DNA of 64,000 nt from Deltaproteobacteria bacterium (GCA_033763315.1 JANRKS010000036.1:12912-76911); one strand, 5' to 3'; shown: positions 1-10,107, numbered from the stretch's first letter. Notes: generated from the sequence alone by a model not told the origin. Translations and numbers: made by a program.

Positions 1-431
1 GCGGCCTCGACGCATTACGAGAGTTTCGCGCACGCGGGTGTGAAGCGCCCGCCTTGGTGATGACCGCGCACAACGACCGCGAGAACATCAACACGGCACA
101 GTTGCTTGGTGCGCAGTTTTTGTGGAAGCCTTGGTCGAATGAGAACCTCCGCACATTTGTAGATCACGCGCTCGATTGGCGTGCGGCCCGTAGCGATCTG
201 AGGACGTGTTTGGCGCAACTTGTGGAGCGGCACGCGCTGTCGTCGCGCGAAACTGAAGTGGTGCGTTTGGTGACGGTCGGTTGGCCCGTCGAAGCGTTGG
301 CGGGGATGATGGACGTCTCAGAGAACACGATTAAGACCACCATCCGGCGTTTGCTCCAAAAGACCAGCGCCAAATCTGTTGCAGAGCTTGCAAGGGGCTT
401 GCACCGACAGCTGCTCAACCCCCGCCAATGA
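1..431 (+). CDS. Response regulator (REC + LuxR-type HTH), 5'-truncated by the window edge
   Basis: REC C-terminal part (VMTAH...FLWKPW) followed by LuxR HTH LSSRETEVVRLV...VSENTIKTTIRRLLQK. Confidence 0.8.
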   Translation, partial: GLDALREFRARGCEAPALVMTAHNDRENINTAQLLGAQFLWKPWSNENLRTFVDHALDWRAARSDLRTCLAQLVERHALSSRETEVVRLVTVGWPVEALAGMMDVSENTIKTTIRRLLQKTSAKSVAELARGLHRQLLNPRQ

Positions 432-553
432 CGCCGCTCATGCGGCGGACGGCGGGATGGCACCGGTTTGCACGGAGCGAAAGGGGGATCGTTGAGGCGT
501 TGCTCGCATCGTAAGAGTTACTCTGTGACCCACGTGGCAAGCTCGTGATAAAC

Positions 554-2590
554 ATGGCGGCGCACATGCGACTGCCTGCCCCTTTGTTTGTTCTGACGCC
601 CCTCCTCGTGTTGGGCATCCACAGCTGCGGAACCTCTGGCTCGGCGGGCGCACGCCGTGACCCCACCCGCAGCACCGAGGCCCTACCCAATGCCGTGTGG
701 CTGGAGAAGCTCGATCTCACGAAGATGTCAAAGCGCGGCCGTTGGGCAACCAACGCGGGCAAGTCGACGGGCCAAAACCCTTTGCGCATCGGCGGCGCCG
801 AGTTTCCCCACGGCGTGGGCATGCACGCACCCGGAGGCATGCTGATACGCCTGCATGGCGTGGCCTTGCGTTTTGTGGCGCGCGTGGGTCTCGATGATGA
901 GCCGGCCACCGAATATGGGACGGGCAGCGTTTCATTTGAAGCGTGGGTGGACGGCAGGCTGAGCGTGGCGACGCCTGTGCTGAGCAAAGGCCAAAGCCAG
1001 CTATTGGACGTGGATCTCAAGGGTGCGCAAACGCTGGAGCTCCTGACGATGGATGGCGACGACGGCAGCAATGGCGATCACGCCGACTGGGCCGGCGCTC
1101 AAATCGTTCTCGCCTCGGCGCGGTCGCAGCAACCAGAAGCTTTCATTCCACCGGCCGAGCCTGCGCCTCCCATCGCCGCTTCAGATGAAAAAGTTTTGCG
1201 GCTCAACGGCCCACGCGTCGTGGGCACGACGCCAGGCAGGCCTTTCGTCTACCGGTTGCCGATCACTGGCCCACGGCCGCTCCGAGTGGCTGCACAAGGG
1301 CTGCCGCGCGGTTTGAAGTTGGATCCCACAACCGGCATCATCCGCGGCAAGGTGGCGCGCGCCGGTCGCAACGTCGTCAAGCTCCGTATCACCAGCAAAA
1401 CGCTGCGCAAAGATGAGACCCTGGCGATCGATGCGGGCCTCGGCAAGTTGGCGCTGACACCACCCATGGGTTGGAGCTCATGGAATGTGTATGGCGTGGA
1501 CATCGACGGCGAAAAGATGCTCGCCACCGCCGACGCTTTGGTGCGCACCGGGCTTGCCAACTATGGCTACAACTATGTCAACATGGACGACGGTTGGACG
1601 AACGGCCGCGACGACAAAGGCCGCCTGCGTGTGGCGGCAAAGATGGGGGCTCTGCGCAAACTCGCCGATCACATCCACGATCTTGGGTTGCGGTTCGGCG
1701 TGTATTCATCGCCGGGGCCCAAAACCTGCGGTGGATATGAAGGCAGCTTGGGCCACGAAATGGACGACGCGCATTCGTGGGAGCAGTGGCAAGTCGATTA
1801 CCTCAAACATGATTGGTGCAGCTACGAAAAGATCGCCACTGACGAATCAAGTTTGGTGGCCTTGCAAAAGCCCTACGTCGTCATGAACGCGGCGTTGGAA
1901 ACCGTGGAGCGCGACATCGTTTATGCGCTTTGCCAGTACGGAATCGGCGGCGTGTGGAATTGGGGCGGCTCACCGCAAGTGGGCGGTCACTTGTGGCGCA
2001 CCACCGGTGATCTTATCGATACCTGGGGCAGCATGTGGGGCATCGGGTTTGGGCAAAACATGGCGGCCCCCCATGCGGGACCAGGCGGCTGGAACGATCC
2101 TGATATGTTGGTGGTCGGTTGGACGGGTGGGTGGGAAGGGCCCGCGCGCCCCACCCGTTTGCTGCCCAACGAACAGATCCTGCACGTGACCCAGTGGAGC
2201 TTGTTGGCGGCGCCGCTCATCTTGGGTTTGGAGTTGTCCAAGCTTGACGATTTTACGCGCGCCTTGCTCACCAACGAGGAAGTGATCGCCGTGGATCAAG
2301 ACGCCCTTGGCAAAGCGGCCACGCGCCGCAAACGCGAAGGACGCACAGAGGTGTGGGCGCGGCCGTTGGAAGATGGAACGGTGGCGGTCGGCCTTTACAA
2401 CTTGGGTTGGCAACACACCACTGTGTCAATCACTTGGGCCGATCTGAACCTGAAGGGACCACAGCCAGTGCGTGACCTATGGCAGAGAAAGGACATCGGC
2501 GTGCTGAATGAAAGCGTGGGCCTCGACGTGCCTCAACACGGCGCCGTGTTGTTAAAGGTGGGCAAACCCAACGTGGCGGCCACGCGTTGA
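554..2590 (+). CDS. Lipoprotein alpha-galactosidase (GH27) with NPCBM/NEW2 and Ig-like domains
   Basis: LALTPPMGWSSWN, YVNMDDGW, VDYLKHDWC, WRTTGD, GGWNDPDML motifs; NPCBM-like GVGMHA and DHADWAGA; lipobox GIHSC; start may be 554 or 566. Confidence 0.9.
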   Translation: MAAHMRLPAPLFVLTPLLVLGIHSCGTSGSAGARRDPTRSTEALPNAVWLEKLDLTKMSKRGRWATNAGKSTGQNPLRIGGAEFPHGVGMHAPGGMLIRLHGVALRFVARVGLDDEPATEYGTGSVSFEAWVDGRLSVATPVLSKGQSQLLDVDLKGAQTLELLTMDGDDGSNGDHADWAGAQIVLASARSQQPEAFIPPAEPAPPIAASDEKVLRLNGPRVVGTTPGRPFVYRLPITGPRPLRVAAQGLPRGLKLDPTTGIIRGKVARAGRNVVKLRITSKTLRKDETLAIDAGLGKLALTPPMGWSSWNVYGVDIDGEKMLATADALVRTGLANYGYNYVNMDDGWTNGRDDKGRLRVAAKMGALRKLADHIHDLGLRFGVYSSPGPKTCGGYEGSLGHEMDDAHSWEQWQVDYLKHDWCSYEKIATDESSLVALQKPYVVMNAALETVERDIVYALCQYGIGGVWNWGGSPQVGGHLWRTTGDLIDTWGSMWGIGFGQNMAAPHAGPGGWNDPDMLVVGWTGGWEGPARPTRLLPNEQILHVTQWSLLAAPLILGLELSKLDDFTRALLTNEEVIAVDQDALGKAATRRKREGRTEVWARPLEDGTVAVGLYNLGWQHTTVSITWADLNLKGPQPVRDLWQRKDIGVLNESVGLDVPQHGAVLLKVGKPNVAATR

Positions 2591-2606
2591 ACAACTGCCA
2601 GGGTGG

Positions 2607-4106
2607 CTACCGTGGCACAGGCAAAGTGACCAAGAAACCATCGGCGCGCAACAACGAGGCATCGCCGTCGGCCGAGTGTGTGCCGGGGCCATTCAACATG
2701 CCGCCAATCAACAACTGGGCGTCGCCGTAACCAAGCACAAACCGCGCTTCATTGTGGCGCAGGCCCTGAGGCAAAGCCAGGCTCGTGGTTTCGCCAACCT
2801 CCGGCCATTTGCGCGCGAACCCTTGCGATGATTCAGTGATGCTTAGACCATTCGGGTTCTGCGCATAACCGCTCGCGCCCACAACCACCACGGTGTTTTC
2901 GTCCAACGGCAGCAGATCGAAAGCAATGTCGCCCGCGTTGACGTCAAGCTCACGCGTTTTCACAGCGCCAGTGCCGCCATCGATCTTCGCAACCAGCACG
3001 TCGAATCCCGTGCCCTGTGCGTTCCAATGCTCGGTGCGCCCCACCACATACGCGCCGCCATCCACCGCACGCAGCGATTGCAATTCGTCAGCCCCCATGG
3101 TTGTGATGACCGATGTTCCCAGCCGCCCCCCCGCAGGCGAAAGGCGCGTGACATAGGAATCCCAAGCGTCTGGATCGCCCATCAAGGTTTCACCGAATAC
3201 GGCCTTGTGGACCTTCAGAATCTGAGCGGTGGCGATGTCTGGATAACGTACGCCAACGTAGATGAGGCCATCGGGGCCGACCGCCAGATGCACGGCATAC
3301 TGTGCATTCACCAATCCAAAAGTATCGTAGCTGCCGCCGGTTAAGCCAAGCGGCGGTATCGACAATGGAGGGACCACAAGCGCCCGTGACAAAAGCGAGA
3401 AGGCGTCGCCCCCGCCATATCCCACGCGATAAGCAATCACCGAGTTGCGTCCGGTACGTGTGGCCAGCACCACCACCTCGCCTTGGGCGGCGATGCGACC
3501 GGTGTCATATGTGGCCTTCGTGATCGGGCCCGCGGGCGGGGGCACCTGTGGTAAGTCCGTGTCGATTAAAGGATCTTGTACATCCCAAACGCCCAACACT
3601 TCACCTGTCTCGTTGGTGCGTTCCAGCGAAGAGCCGTCCTTGGTGGCAAACAACAGAGTGAATTCACCACTGGGATGCAACGCCGCATCTAGCAGGTAGC
3701 GCATGCCCGATGATCCGCGGCTGCGGATTACAGCTCCGTCGGTTTTCAACCAGCGTATGGATCGACTCGGATACCCCAGTTCCGTGCGCAGATTTAAGGG
3801 ACGATCCAACACGACAGCAAAGATCCTGCCTTGCACCAGCGCCTTGAGCGGGTAGAGGCCATCGAATCTTAAGTCAAGCTGGGGTGGCCGGAGCGCATCA
3901 TCAACAACGCTGCCGTCAAACCCCGCATCGGACGCATCGGAGCGAGCGTCGCCAACATCGGACACGTGAGCGTCGAAAGCATCACCAACGGCGGCATCGG
4001 CAGGTGCGTCTGTGGACGCATCGGCGTCAGGGCCGTCCAATCCGGAATCGTTATCACACGCCGAAAAGAGCAGCAAACAGACCGGGATAAGTGAAAGGTA
4101 TTTCAT
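2607..4106 (-). CDS. Hypothetical lipoprotein, Asp/Ala linker followed by a beta-rich (propeller-like) domain
   Basis: 499 aa ORF, lipobox LFSAC, DA-rich linker. Confidence 0.75.
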   Translation of the reverse strand: MKYLSLIPVCLLLFSACDNDSGLDGPDADASTDAPADAAVGDAFDAHVSDVGDARSDASDAGFDGSVVDDALRPPQLDLRFDGLYPLKALVQGRIFAVVLDRPLNLRTELGYPSRSIRWLKTDGAVIRSRGSSGMRYLLDAALHPSGEFTLLFATKDGSSLERTNETGEVLGVWDVQDPLIDTDLPQVPPPAGPITKATYDTGRIAAQGEVVVLATRTGRNSVIAYRVGYGGGDAFSLLSRALVVPPLSIPPLGLTGGSYDTFGLVNAQYAVHLAVGPDGLIYVGVRYPDIATAQILKVHKAVFGETLMGDPDAWDSYVTRLSPAGGRLGTSVITTMGADELQSLRAVDGGAYVVGRTEHWNAQGTGFDVLVAKIDGGTGAVKTRELDVNAGDIAFDLLPLDENTVVVVGASGYAQNPNGLSITESSQGFARKWPEVGETTSLALPQGLRHNEARFVLGYGDAQLLIGGMLNGPGTHSADGDASLLRADGFLVTLPVPR

Positions 4107-4172
4107 GAGTCGCAGGTTCTCGTCATTTTGACAATTTTAGGACCGGGCACACAACAGGTATACGATGCTTAG

Positions 4173-4568
4173 ATGCCTGGCAAACCCTACCTTGTGGCCC
4201 TATTTTCAGTCCTGTTGACCGCCTTCGCTTCAATCTCGTGCGGCAGTGACGAAACCGAAGCCGATAAGCGGGGCGTGGGCGCAAGCTGCAGCACGAACGC
4301 CGATTGTTCTGAGAAGGGCCAAACCTGTTTGGCCTTCAAGGGCGGGTATTGCGGGGTTGCCGATTGCGTAGACGACACGGGATGTCCCGCCGCCTCGGCG
4401 TGCGTCAAGCATACCGATGGCAAGAACTATTGCTTTCGAACGTGCGTGGAGAAGCCCGACTGCAACGCCAATCGTCCCGTTGAATCTGAAGCCAACTGCT
4501 CGTCAAATCCAACGTTGGTGTCGGGCGCGAAGAACACCAAGGTTTGCGTTCCGCCAAGCGGTTCTTAA
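4173..4568 (+). CDS. Small Cys-rich lipoprotein
   Basis: Lipobox SISC plus 12 further Cys (GASCSTNADC, GGYC, YCFRTC), myxobacterial style. Confidence 0.8.
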   Translation: MPGKPYLVALFSVLLTAFASISCGSDETEADKRGVGASCSTNADCSEKGQTCLAFKGGYCGVADCVDDTGCPAASACVKHTDGKNYCFRTCVEKPDCNANRPVESEANCSSNPTLVSGAKNTKVCVPPSGS

Positions 4569-4591
4569 ACCAAGCCTTCTCGACTCGCTCC

Positions 4592-6059
4592 CTACCCTCG
4601 CACCGGCGCGTAAGCGCTGAGGCCAAACTTCGGATCACCGAACCCCGCGCCCGGGACGCTCGCGCCCACGGCCTCGGCGATCGCCGCAAACACACCATTG
4701 GGCGCCGTGTCTGCGCTCAGCTTGACGTGGCGGCCTGTCTTAAAGAAACCGTTGGCGTTGCCTGCCATCACCCAAGGGAGCCGTCGCACTTGGTGTCCAC
4801 CGCCATCCGACAACGTGTCTGCGTAAAGTACGATCGTGTTGTCGAGCATCGTGCCACCCTGATCGGTCTCAGCCGCCAATCGCTTTACCAGATACGCGTA
4901 CTGCTCGAACATCCAGCGGTTGGCGTCACGGTACATCGTCATTCCGGGCTCTTGCCCACTGCTGTGGGCCATGGCGTGCAAGTGCGAACTGTTAAATTCG
5001 CTGATCGAAGTGGAGCCCAGGTTGGGGTTAATGTCCTTTAGCCACGAGAAGTAGGCATGGTATCCGTTGGTGTCATACAGCGAGTAGCACGCTGTGCGCG
5101 TGATGCCGCATTTTATGGCATCAACGATGCATGTCCATCATCAGCTTCGACCGCCCAGGCACATTGGCTTCGTTCTTGACCAAGTAATCCAGTGTGGGAG
5201 CCGCGGGCGTCTTGCACATCGCGGGGGGCGATGAGAGCAACCGGTTGAGCTCGTCTTGACGTCGATGCACGCTTGTGAGGTGTGCCTCGGCTGCCTGGCG
5301 ATCGTCCCTGCCAAGGTTCTTGGCAAAACGTTCAAGATCTTTGCCGACAAAATCAAGCAGCCGCACACGCTTGCGCCACAGGCCCTCATTTGCCACGCCG
5401 CCTGTGCTCAGCTGCCGGCCACCGAAGATCTTCGTGAATACAGTTTTGACGTCAGGCTCAGGCGGGTTCGGCACATCCTTGTCGAACCACGAGGGGCAGC
5501 TCATGCCGGATCCACGTCGTGCTGTAGATAGATCGTCTGCATTGAGTGAAAGGTGCAGGGAATCAAACGCGAGGCTCGGATCCTTTTTGCGCAAAGCCTG
5601 CCCCACGAAACAGTCGAGCGAGGCGCTGCCCGCACCCATGTGGCATCCACCCGCGTTCAGCCGGCAGCCCCCGTCAGAGCTGGTGGCCGGACCTGGCAGC
5701 GTCCCCGTAAGCAAGTTGCCCCAATTGTGATGAGCGTCGCCATTGTCACCAGTGGTGTTGCCTTCGCTTTTGAGCCAGTTGCGTAAGGTGATGCCGTCTA
5801 AGAACAGCAGCTTCTCGCGCAGGTCTTTCAAGGGCGCCACCACGTGCGGAAACACAGCGCCGTTGAGGCTTCCATCCGCCCCCGCCCCCGTGGGCCAAAA
5901 GGTTTCAGCCCGCGTGCCGTTGCCTTTGACCACTGTGATAAGGCGTCCGAGCCCGCTGGCGGCGCTGGCGTGCCGGGTTTCAGCCAGCACCGGAAGCATG
6001 CCGGCGCCAACGCCAAGCGCACGTAAGAACGATCGGCGTTTAAGTTCCCACCTCGTCAT
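4592..6059 (-). pseudogene. DUF1552 (HXXSHH) family protein with Tat signal, split by a +1 frameshift near 5129 (pseudogene or sequencing error)
   Basis: KRRSFLR Tat motif, SLDCFVGQ, AEAHLTSV. The frame ends MMDMHR*, but skipping base 5129 gives MMDM-IVDAIKCGITR...HLHAMAH...TMLDNTIV...LPWVMAG, open and in frame with ORF 4592..4981. Confidence 0.85.
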
Positions 6060-7744
6060 TGGAGAACCTCACCCTGTGAAGGTTTGCGATAGATGAACGA
6101 CGGTTGCTGGGTGGCGAACGTAAGGAGCTGCAGAATGTCGCCACCTGCAGCCACAAACGCGTCGCCGATGGCTTTGTTCGCAGGCGCCAAGGCGTCGTCG
6201 GCGCCGCTTCTGTGGGCGTATTGCGACAGCACCTGCGCAAAACAACGTTGCGATTCCTCGCGCTTCGACAAAACCACCAACAAGCTTGCGGCGTTGCTGA
6301 ACGAGAGCGCTTCGCCGTTGGCCAGGGGCAGCGTCCCGTGTGTATCAATGGGCTTTCCATAGTCATCGGTGGTGCGTGTACGCCCGAGTTTGTCGAAGCC
6401 GTCGAACGCAAAACCCATGGGATCCATGAATTGATGGCAGCCCCTGCACACACCATCACGCGCGTGCTCCTGAAGCTGCTCACGCACCGAAGCCTCTGGC
6501 CGTCGCGGAGGTGGCGAAGGCACAGCCCCCTGGGGCGGCGGAACAGCGCCACAATCGGCCAGCCGCTCGTACACATAGCGACCTCTATGAATGATCGTTG
6601 CCAAAGGCGTGTCGGTGGTGCTCATCAAAAACGCAGGCTGCGTGAACAGCCCGGAGCGATCTGCGGCGTCAAGTTTCACCTTCGCCAAGGGCGCGTCTGT
6701 TTTCATCCCCGGCAGACCCAACGTTTGGGCCAAAGCACCATCGACGAAGGCCGTTTTCGACGCCAACAGCGATGTGAACGAATGATCACCGCTTGATCCC
6801 AAAACCAGATCCTCAAGGAACGCCCAGGTGGCCGCGAGGCTGCTTTGTTTGAGGACGTAGTCCTTATCCGTGGCAGGCGCGGTCTCAAGCGGCGCCAGCG
6901 GCAGCCACGCACGGAAGAAGCCGCGCAAGCCGCGCGGTGTCCTGACCGGATCTTGCAACATTCGTGTCACCTGCGCGGCCAACTGCGAAGGCGTCGATAG
7001 CTTGTTCGCACGTGCCGCCTCGAACAACGCCGCGTCTGGCATCGACTGCCACAGAAAATAGGACAAGCGCGATGCCACCTCGAAGGGCCCCAGTTTGACA
7101 AGGCCATTGGACGCAACGGGCACGTCGTCCGAGCGCTCCCATCGATAGTGAAACCGCGGCGACAACAACGCGGCACGCACCACATCCAAAAGCGCCGCCT
7201 GCAACGGCAGGCTTGCGTGTGCCTCATCAAAGATAGCCACAAGTTGCGCAAGCTCCTGGGCGCTGGGCGGATGGCGATACGCGCGTGTGGCGAAGGCTTC
7301 GATGAACGCAACGGCGCACGCCTTGTCGTCGTTGTTCTTTGGCTGGCAAGGCAACTGCTTCACGAAGCTGCTTTGTTCAAAGCGTGACACCAACCCGTCG
7401 AAGGCGTTCATCATTCGTTCAATCTCGTCGCTCGTGATCACACCACCTTCGGCCAAGCCTGCAGCGCCCAGCGTATCCGTTGAAAACAACTCGTCGACCG
7501 TTGGCTTTACGCCCAGTAAGTCTTCGAGTGTGTTGGCGTACTCGTCACGGGAGAGCCTTCGCAAAGGCACCACGGCCGCGGAAATTTGGCTGCCATGTGT
7601 TCGGCCACCCGTTTGTGTTTCCTGACCAGACGAACCGCCCATGCCCGCGCCGCCGCCATCTGACGCGCCATCATCTCGAACAAGGCCGGTGCAACCCAAG
7701 GCCGTGGCACAAACAACAAGAGCAGCCAGCCCAATCCAACGCAT
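6056..7744 (-). CDS. DUF1587/1595/1592/1588/1585 domain lipoprotein with c-type heme motif
   Basis: LRRLSRDEYANTLEDLLG, LLSPRFHYR, EVASRLSYFLWQSMPD, CRGCH, MDPMGFAFDGFD; stop overlaps the DUF1552 start. Confidence 0.9.
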   Translation of the reverse strand: MRWIGLAALVVCATALGCTGLVRDDGASDGGGAGMGGSSGQETQTGGRTHGSQISAAVVPLRRLSRDEYANTLEDLLGVKPTVDELFSTDTLGAAGLAEGGVITSDEIERMMNAFDGLVSRFEQSSFVKQLPCQPKNNDDKACAVAFIEAFATRAYRHPPSAQELAQLVAIFDEAHASLPLQAALLDVVRAALLSPRFHYRWERSDDVPVASNGLVKLGPFEVASRLSYFLWQSMPDAALFEAARANKLSTPSQLAAQVTRMLQDPVRTPRGLRGFFRAWLPLAPLETAPATDKDYVLKQSSLAATWAFLEDLVLGSSGDHSFTSLLASKTAFVDGALAQTLGLPGMKTDAPLAKVKLDAADRSGLFTQPAFLMSTTDTPLATIIHRGRYVYERLADCGAVPPPQGAVPSPPPRRPEASVREQLQEHARDGVCRGCHQFMDPMGFAFDGFDKLGRTRTTDDYGKPIDTHGTLPLANGEALSFSNAASLLVVLSKREESQRCFAQVLSQYAHRSGADDALAPANKAIGDAFVAAGGDILQLLTFATQQPSFIYRKPSQGEVLQ

Positions 7745-7751
7745 GACCCAG

Positions 7752-7782
7752 TGAGTGGGGCGATGGCCTTGCTTTTCTGATC
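7752..7782 (-). promoter_or_regulatory. Putative ECF-sigma promoter GATCAGAAAA-N12-CCCCACTCA for the DUF1592-DUF1552 operon
   Basis: Same two boxes and same 12-nt spacer as 8825-8855; ends 7 nt before ATG 7744. Confidence 0.7.
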
Positions 7783-7789
7783 GCGCCGA

Positions 7790-8776
7790 CTAAAAAGCCA
7801 CCGCGGCGCCCAGGCTGGCGTCAAAACGCAGCCAAGCGGCGCGAAAGACCTCCACTGGCGCTCCGCTGGCATCCCCCACGACGTAACGCGATTGCTGCCA
7901 CGGCACAGCGCCGGTGCCGGAAAACATCAGCGCCACGTGTGGAGACAACGGCCAGACAGCCACGGCGCCCAACCCCGCACCACAGCCGAAGTTCCGGTCC
8001 ACGGCCGTGGCGTCGATGTTCAACCCGCGCGCGGTTGTCACGCCGCAGTCCACGCCGGCCACGCCCCACAGGCCACGCCCCAAGGGTTGGGCCACCTGTA
8101 CACCGAGGCGCGCGTCCCGAAAGTTTGCGCTTGGCCGTCGCGGCAGACCACGGCCGTCGAACACGGTTGTGTTGAAGGTGTAAGCAAGCGTGACCGCCAC
8201 GTTTGTGCGTTCGCGCGGTCCCCCCTGCCACCGCGCCAAACCCAAGGCAGAACTGCCCGGTAAAGCGCCCCAACTTGCCCCCGCCGTCAAAGACAGGAGA
8301 TTTCGCCACGGCGGCGGGTTGGTTGGCAAGGTTGGCGGCTGCACAACCTTTGCGGGTTCCGACGCCAACCGCCCTTCAGGATCGATCATCATCGTCACGA
8401 TGAACGCAAGCGGGGGCAGCAGCTCGGCACAAGTCGCCGCCGGCAAAGTCAAGGACCGTTGCCCCTCCTGTGCCTTGCCTCCCGGCTCGCGCGCTGGCAG
8501 CTTGGTGGCGAGGTTGATCCGCCACACCTTAGAAGTGGCCCGGTTCACATCCAGGTCGATCGTGACGTCGTCGTGCGCCCCTCGCAGCGAGCCAAGCCGA
8601 TCCGCGATGCGCTCGCGCAGAGCCTCCGGTGTAATGCAGCCTGCTTGACCATCCACGTTCGTGATGTGAAGCCGCACAAAACCAAGCAAGGGCTGGGCCG
8701 CACGCGCCCTTTCGCCTGACGCCGTTACACAGGCCGCAACGATGAGAATGCAGAAGGCGGGGTGCAGTGCCGGCAT
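7790..8776 (-). CDS. Exported protein with N-terminal domain, Pro linker and beta-barrel-like C-terminus
   Basis: Signal-like MPALHPAFCILIVAA, two-Cys N-domain (GCITPEALRERI...ATCAELL), amphipathic Gly/aromatic strands ending in Phe (LGAAVAF); start 8776 or 8788. Confidence 0.65.
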   Translation of the reverse strand: MPALHPAFCILIVAACVTASGERARAAQPLLGFVRLHITNVDGQAGCITPEALRERIADRLGSLRGAHDDVTIDLDVNRATSKVWRINLATKLPAREPGGKAQEGQRSLTLPAATCAELLPPLAFIVTMMIDPEGRLASEPAKVVQPPTLPTNPPPWRNLLSLTAGASWGALPGSSALGLARWQGGPRERTNVAVTLAYTFNTTVFDGRGLPRRPSANFRDARLGVQVAQPLGRGLWGVAGVDCGVTTARGLNIDATAVDRNFGCGAGLGAVAVWPLSPHVALMFSGTGAVPWQQSRYVVGDASGAPVEVFRAAWLRFDASLGAAVAF

Positions 8777-8824
8777 GCGCGCTTTCATTACAACACAATC
8801 CCGCCGATGATGGGTTTGGGCTTT

Positions 8825-8855
8825 GATCAGAAAAAAACTCGCCTGCCCCCACTCA
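8825..8855 (+). promoter_or_regulatory. Putative autoregulatory ECF promoter GATCAGAAAA-N12-CCCCACTCA
   Basis: Ends 5 nt before the in-frame GTG 8861 of the ECF sigma gene; duplicated at 7752-7782. Confidence 0.7.
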
Positions 8856-8860
8856 ACCAC

Positions 8861-9403
8861 GTGTCTTCTTTGCTCGACCTGCCCGCGCTGTTCCGCGAGC
8901 ATGCGCCTTATCTGTGGCGCGTGTTGCGCCGGCTGGGTGCGTCTGCCACGGACGCGGAGGATCTTTGCCAGGAAGTGTTTTTGGTGGCCCACAGAAACCA
9001 AGCCACGTTTCGCGGCGATTCAAGCCCCCGCACGTGGCTCTATGGCATTGCTGTGCGTGTGGCCGCCGACCTTCGCAACAAGGCGCACATGCGCCAAGAG
9101 CGCAGCGTGGCCGTGCTTCCCGAGACACTCGTCGAAGCCACGCAAGATGATGCGCTTGAGCAGCAACGCGCACGGGTTCTTTTAGACCGCGCGTTGGCTG
9201 GACTCGATGCGGAGCGCCGCGCGGTATTCGTGTTGTATGAAATTGAAGATCTGACGCTGCAGGAGATCGCAGACTGCTTGCAGGTACCCTTGCAGACGGT
9301 TTACTCGCGGCTCAAAAGCGCGCGACAGGAAGTTTTGGCGCTGTTTGGCGAAACGCTTGTGCCAGGGGGAACGGCAACGCTTTTGGAGGGGAGTGGTCGA
9401 TGA
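8861..9403 (+). CDS. ECF sigma-70 factor
   Basis: Region 2 DAEDLCQEVFL...RTWLYGIA; region 4 RAVFVLYEIEDLTLQEIA...TVYSRLKSAR. Confidence 0.93.
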   Translation: MSSLLDLPALFREHAPYLWRVLRRLGASATDAEDLCQEVFLVAHRNQATFRGDSSPRTWLYGIAVRVAADLRNKAHMRQERSVAVLPETLVEATQDDALEQQRARVLLDRALAGLDAERRAVFVLYEIEDLTLQEIADCLQVPLQTVYSRLKSARQEVLALFGETLVPGGTATLLEGSGR

Positions 9404-10107
9404 AAACGTTCGAGGAACCACGTAGGTTGTGGCAGGACGAAGGGGCACCGGCAGCCTTGCAGAAGGCATTGAACGCTGGACGTCACGACAAGGCAAACGC
9501 GCGCGCGATGGCCGCGATGGCCGCAGGGCTCGCAGCGGCGGGTGTGCCGCTCGGCGGCGGAGCGGCGGTGGCGGGTGTGGGGGTGCTCAGCAAGGTCTTG
9601 ATAGGCGCCGCCATCGTGGGTGCGATGGGCAGCGGCGCTTATGTGCTGCAGACACAAAGAGCCAGCACGCCGCCGCAAAACGAAGGGGCAAGTGCACCGG
9701 CCACTCTCGTTGTGCCGAAGCCCATGCCGCAGCCCACAGCCGAAGAACGATCGGCCGCGGTGGCGCCTGCCATCCATCATGCAGCGGCGCCACCGAAAGG
9801 GCGTAAGCCGCAAGCGAGGGTGATCCAGGACGCAGAGCCCTCGATCATCGAAGAAACCGCGTGGCTCGAAGACACACGGCGCCTGCTGCCCAACCAGCCA
9901 AACCAAGCCCTGCTGCGTTTGCAAACGTACGCAATGAAGTTCAAGCACCCGCTGCTCGACCAAGAAGCAGCTGTTTTGAAGATCGAAGCGCTGGTCGCCG
10001 CGGGCCAGCGATCCACAGCGCAACAACGCGCCGGTGAATTTTTTCATAACCACCCACAATCGCCCCACCGTCAGCGCGTGCAAAGGCTGCTAAACCTGCA
10101 GCCATGA
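9400..10107 (+). CDS. Probable membrane-anchored anti-sigma factor (TM, Pro/Ala linker, TPR-like helical C-terminus)
   Basis: ATGA overlap with sigma gene; hydrophobic VLIGAAIVGAMG; C-terminal EAAVLKIEAL...FFHNHPQSPH typical of myxobacterial ECF partners. Confidence 0.7.
   Translation: MKTFEEPRRLWQDEGAPAALQKALNAGRHDKANARAMAAMAAGLAAAGVPLGGGAAVAGVGVLSKVLIGAAIVGAMGSGAYVLQTQRASTPPQNEGASAPATLVVPKPMPQPTAEERSAAVAPAIHHAAAPPKGRKPQARVIQDAEPSIIEETAWLEDTRRLLPNQPNQALLRLQTYAMKFKHPLLDQEAAVLKIEALVAAGQRSTAQQRAGEFFHNHPQSPHRQRVQRLLNLQP

Noticed and set aside
458-472. Sigma54-like TGGCACCGGTTTGCA upstream of the GH27 gene
   Set aside because: GG-to-GC spacing is 9 nt rather than the required 10
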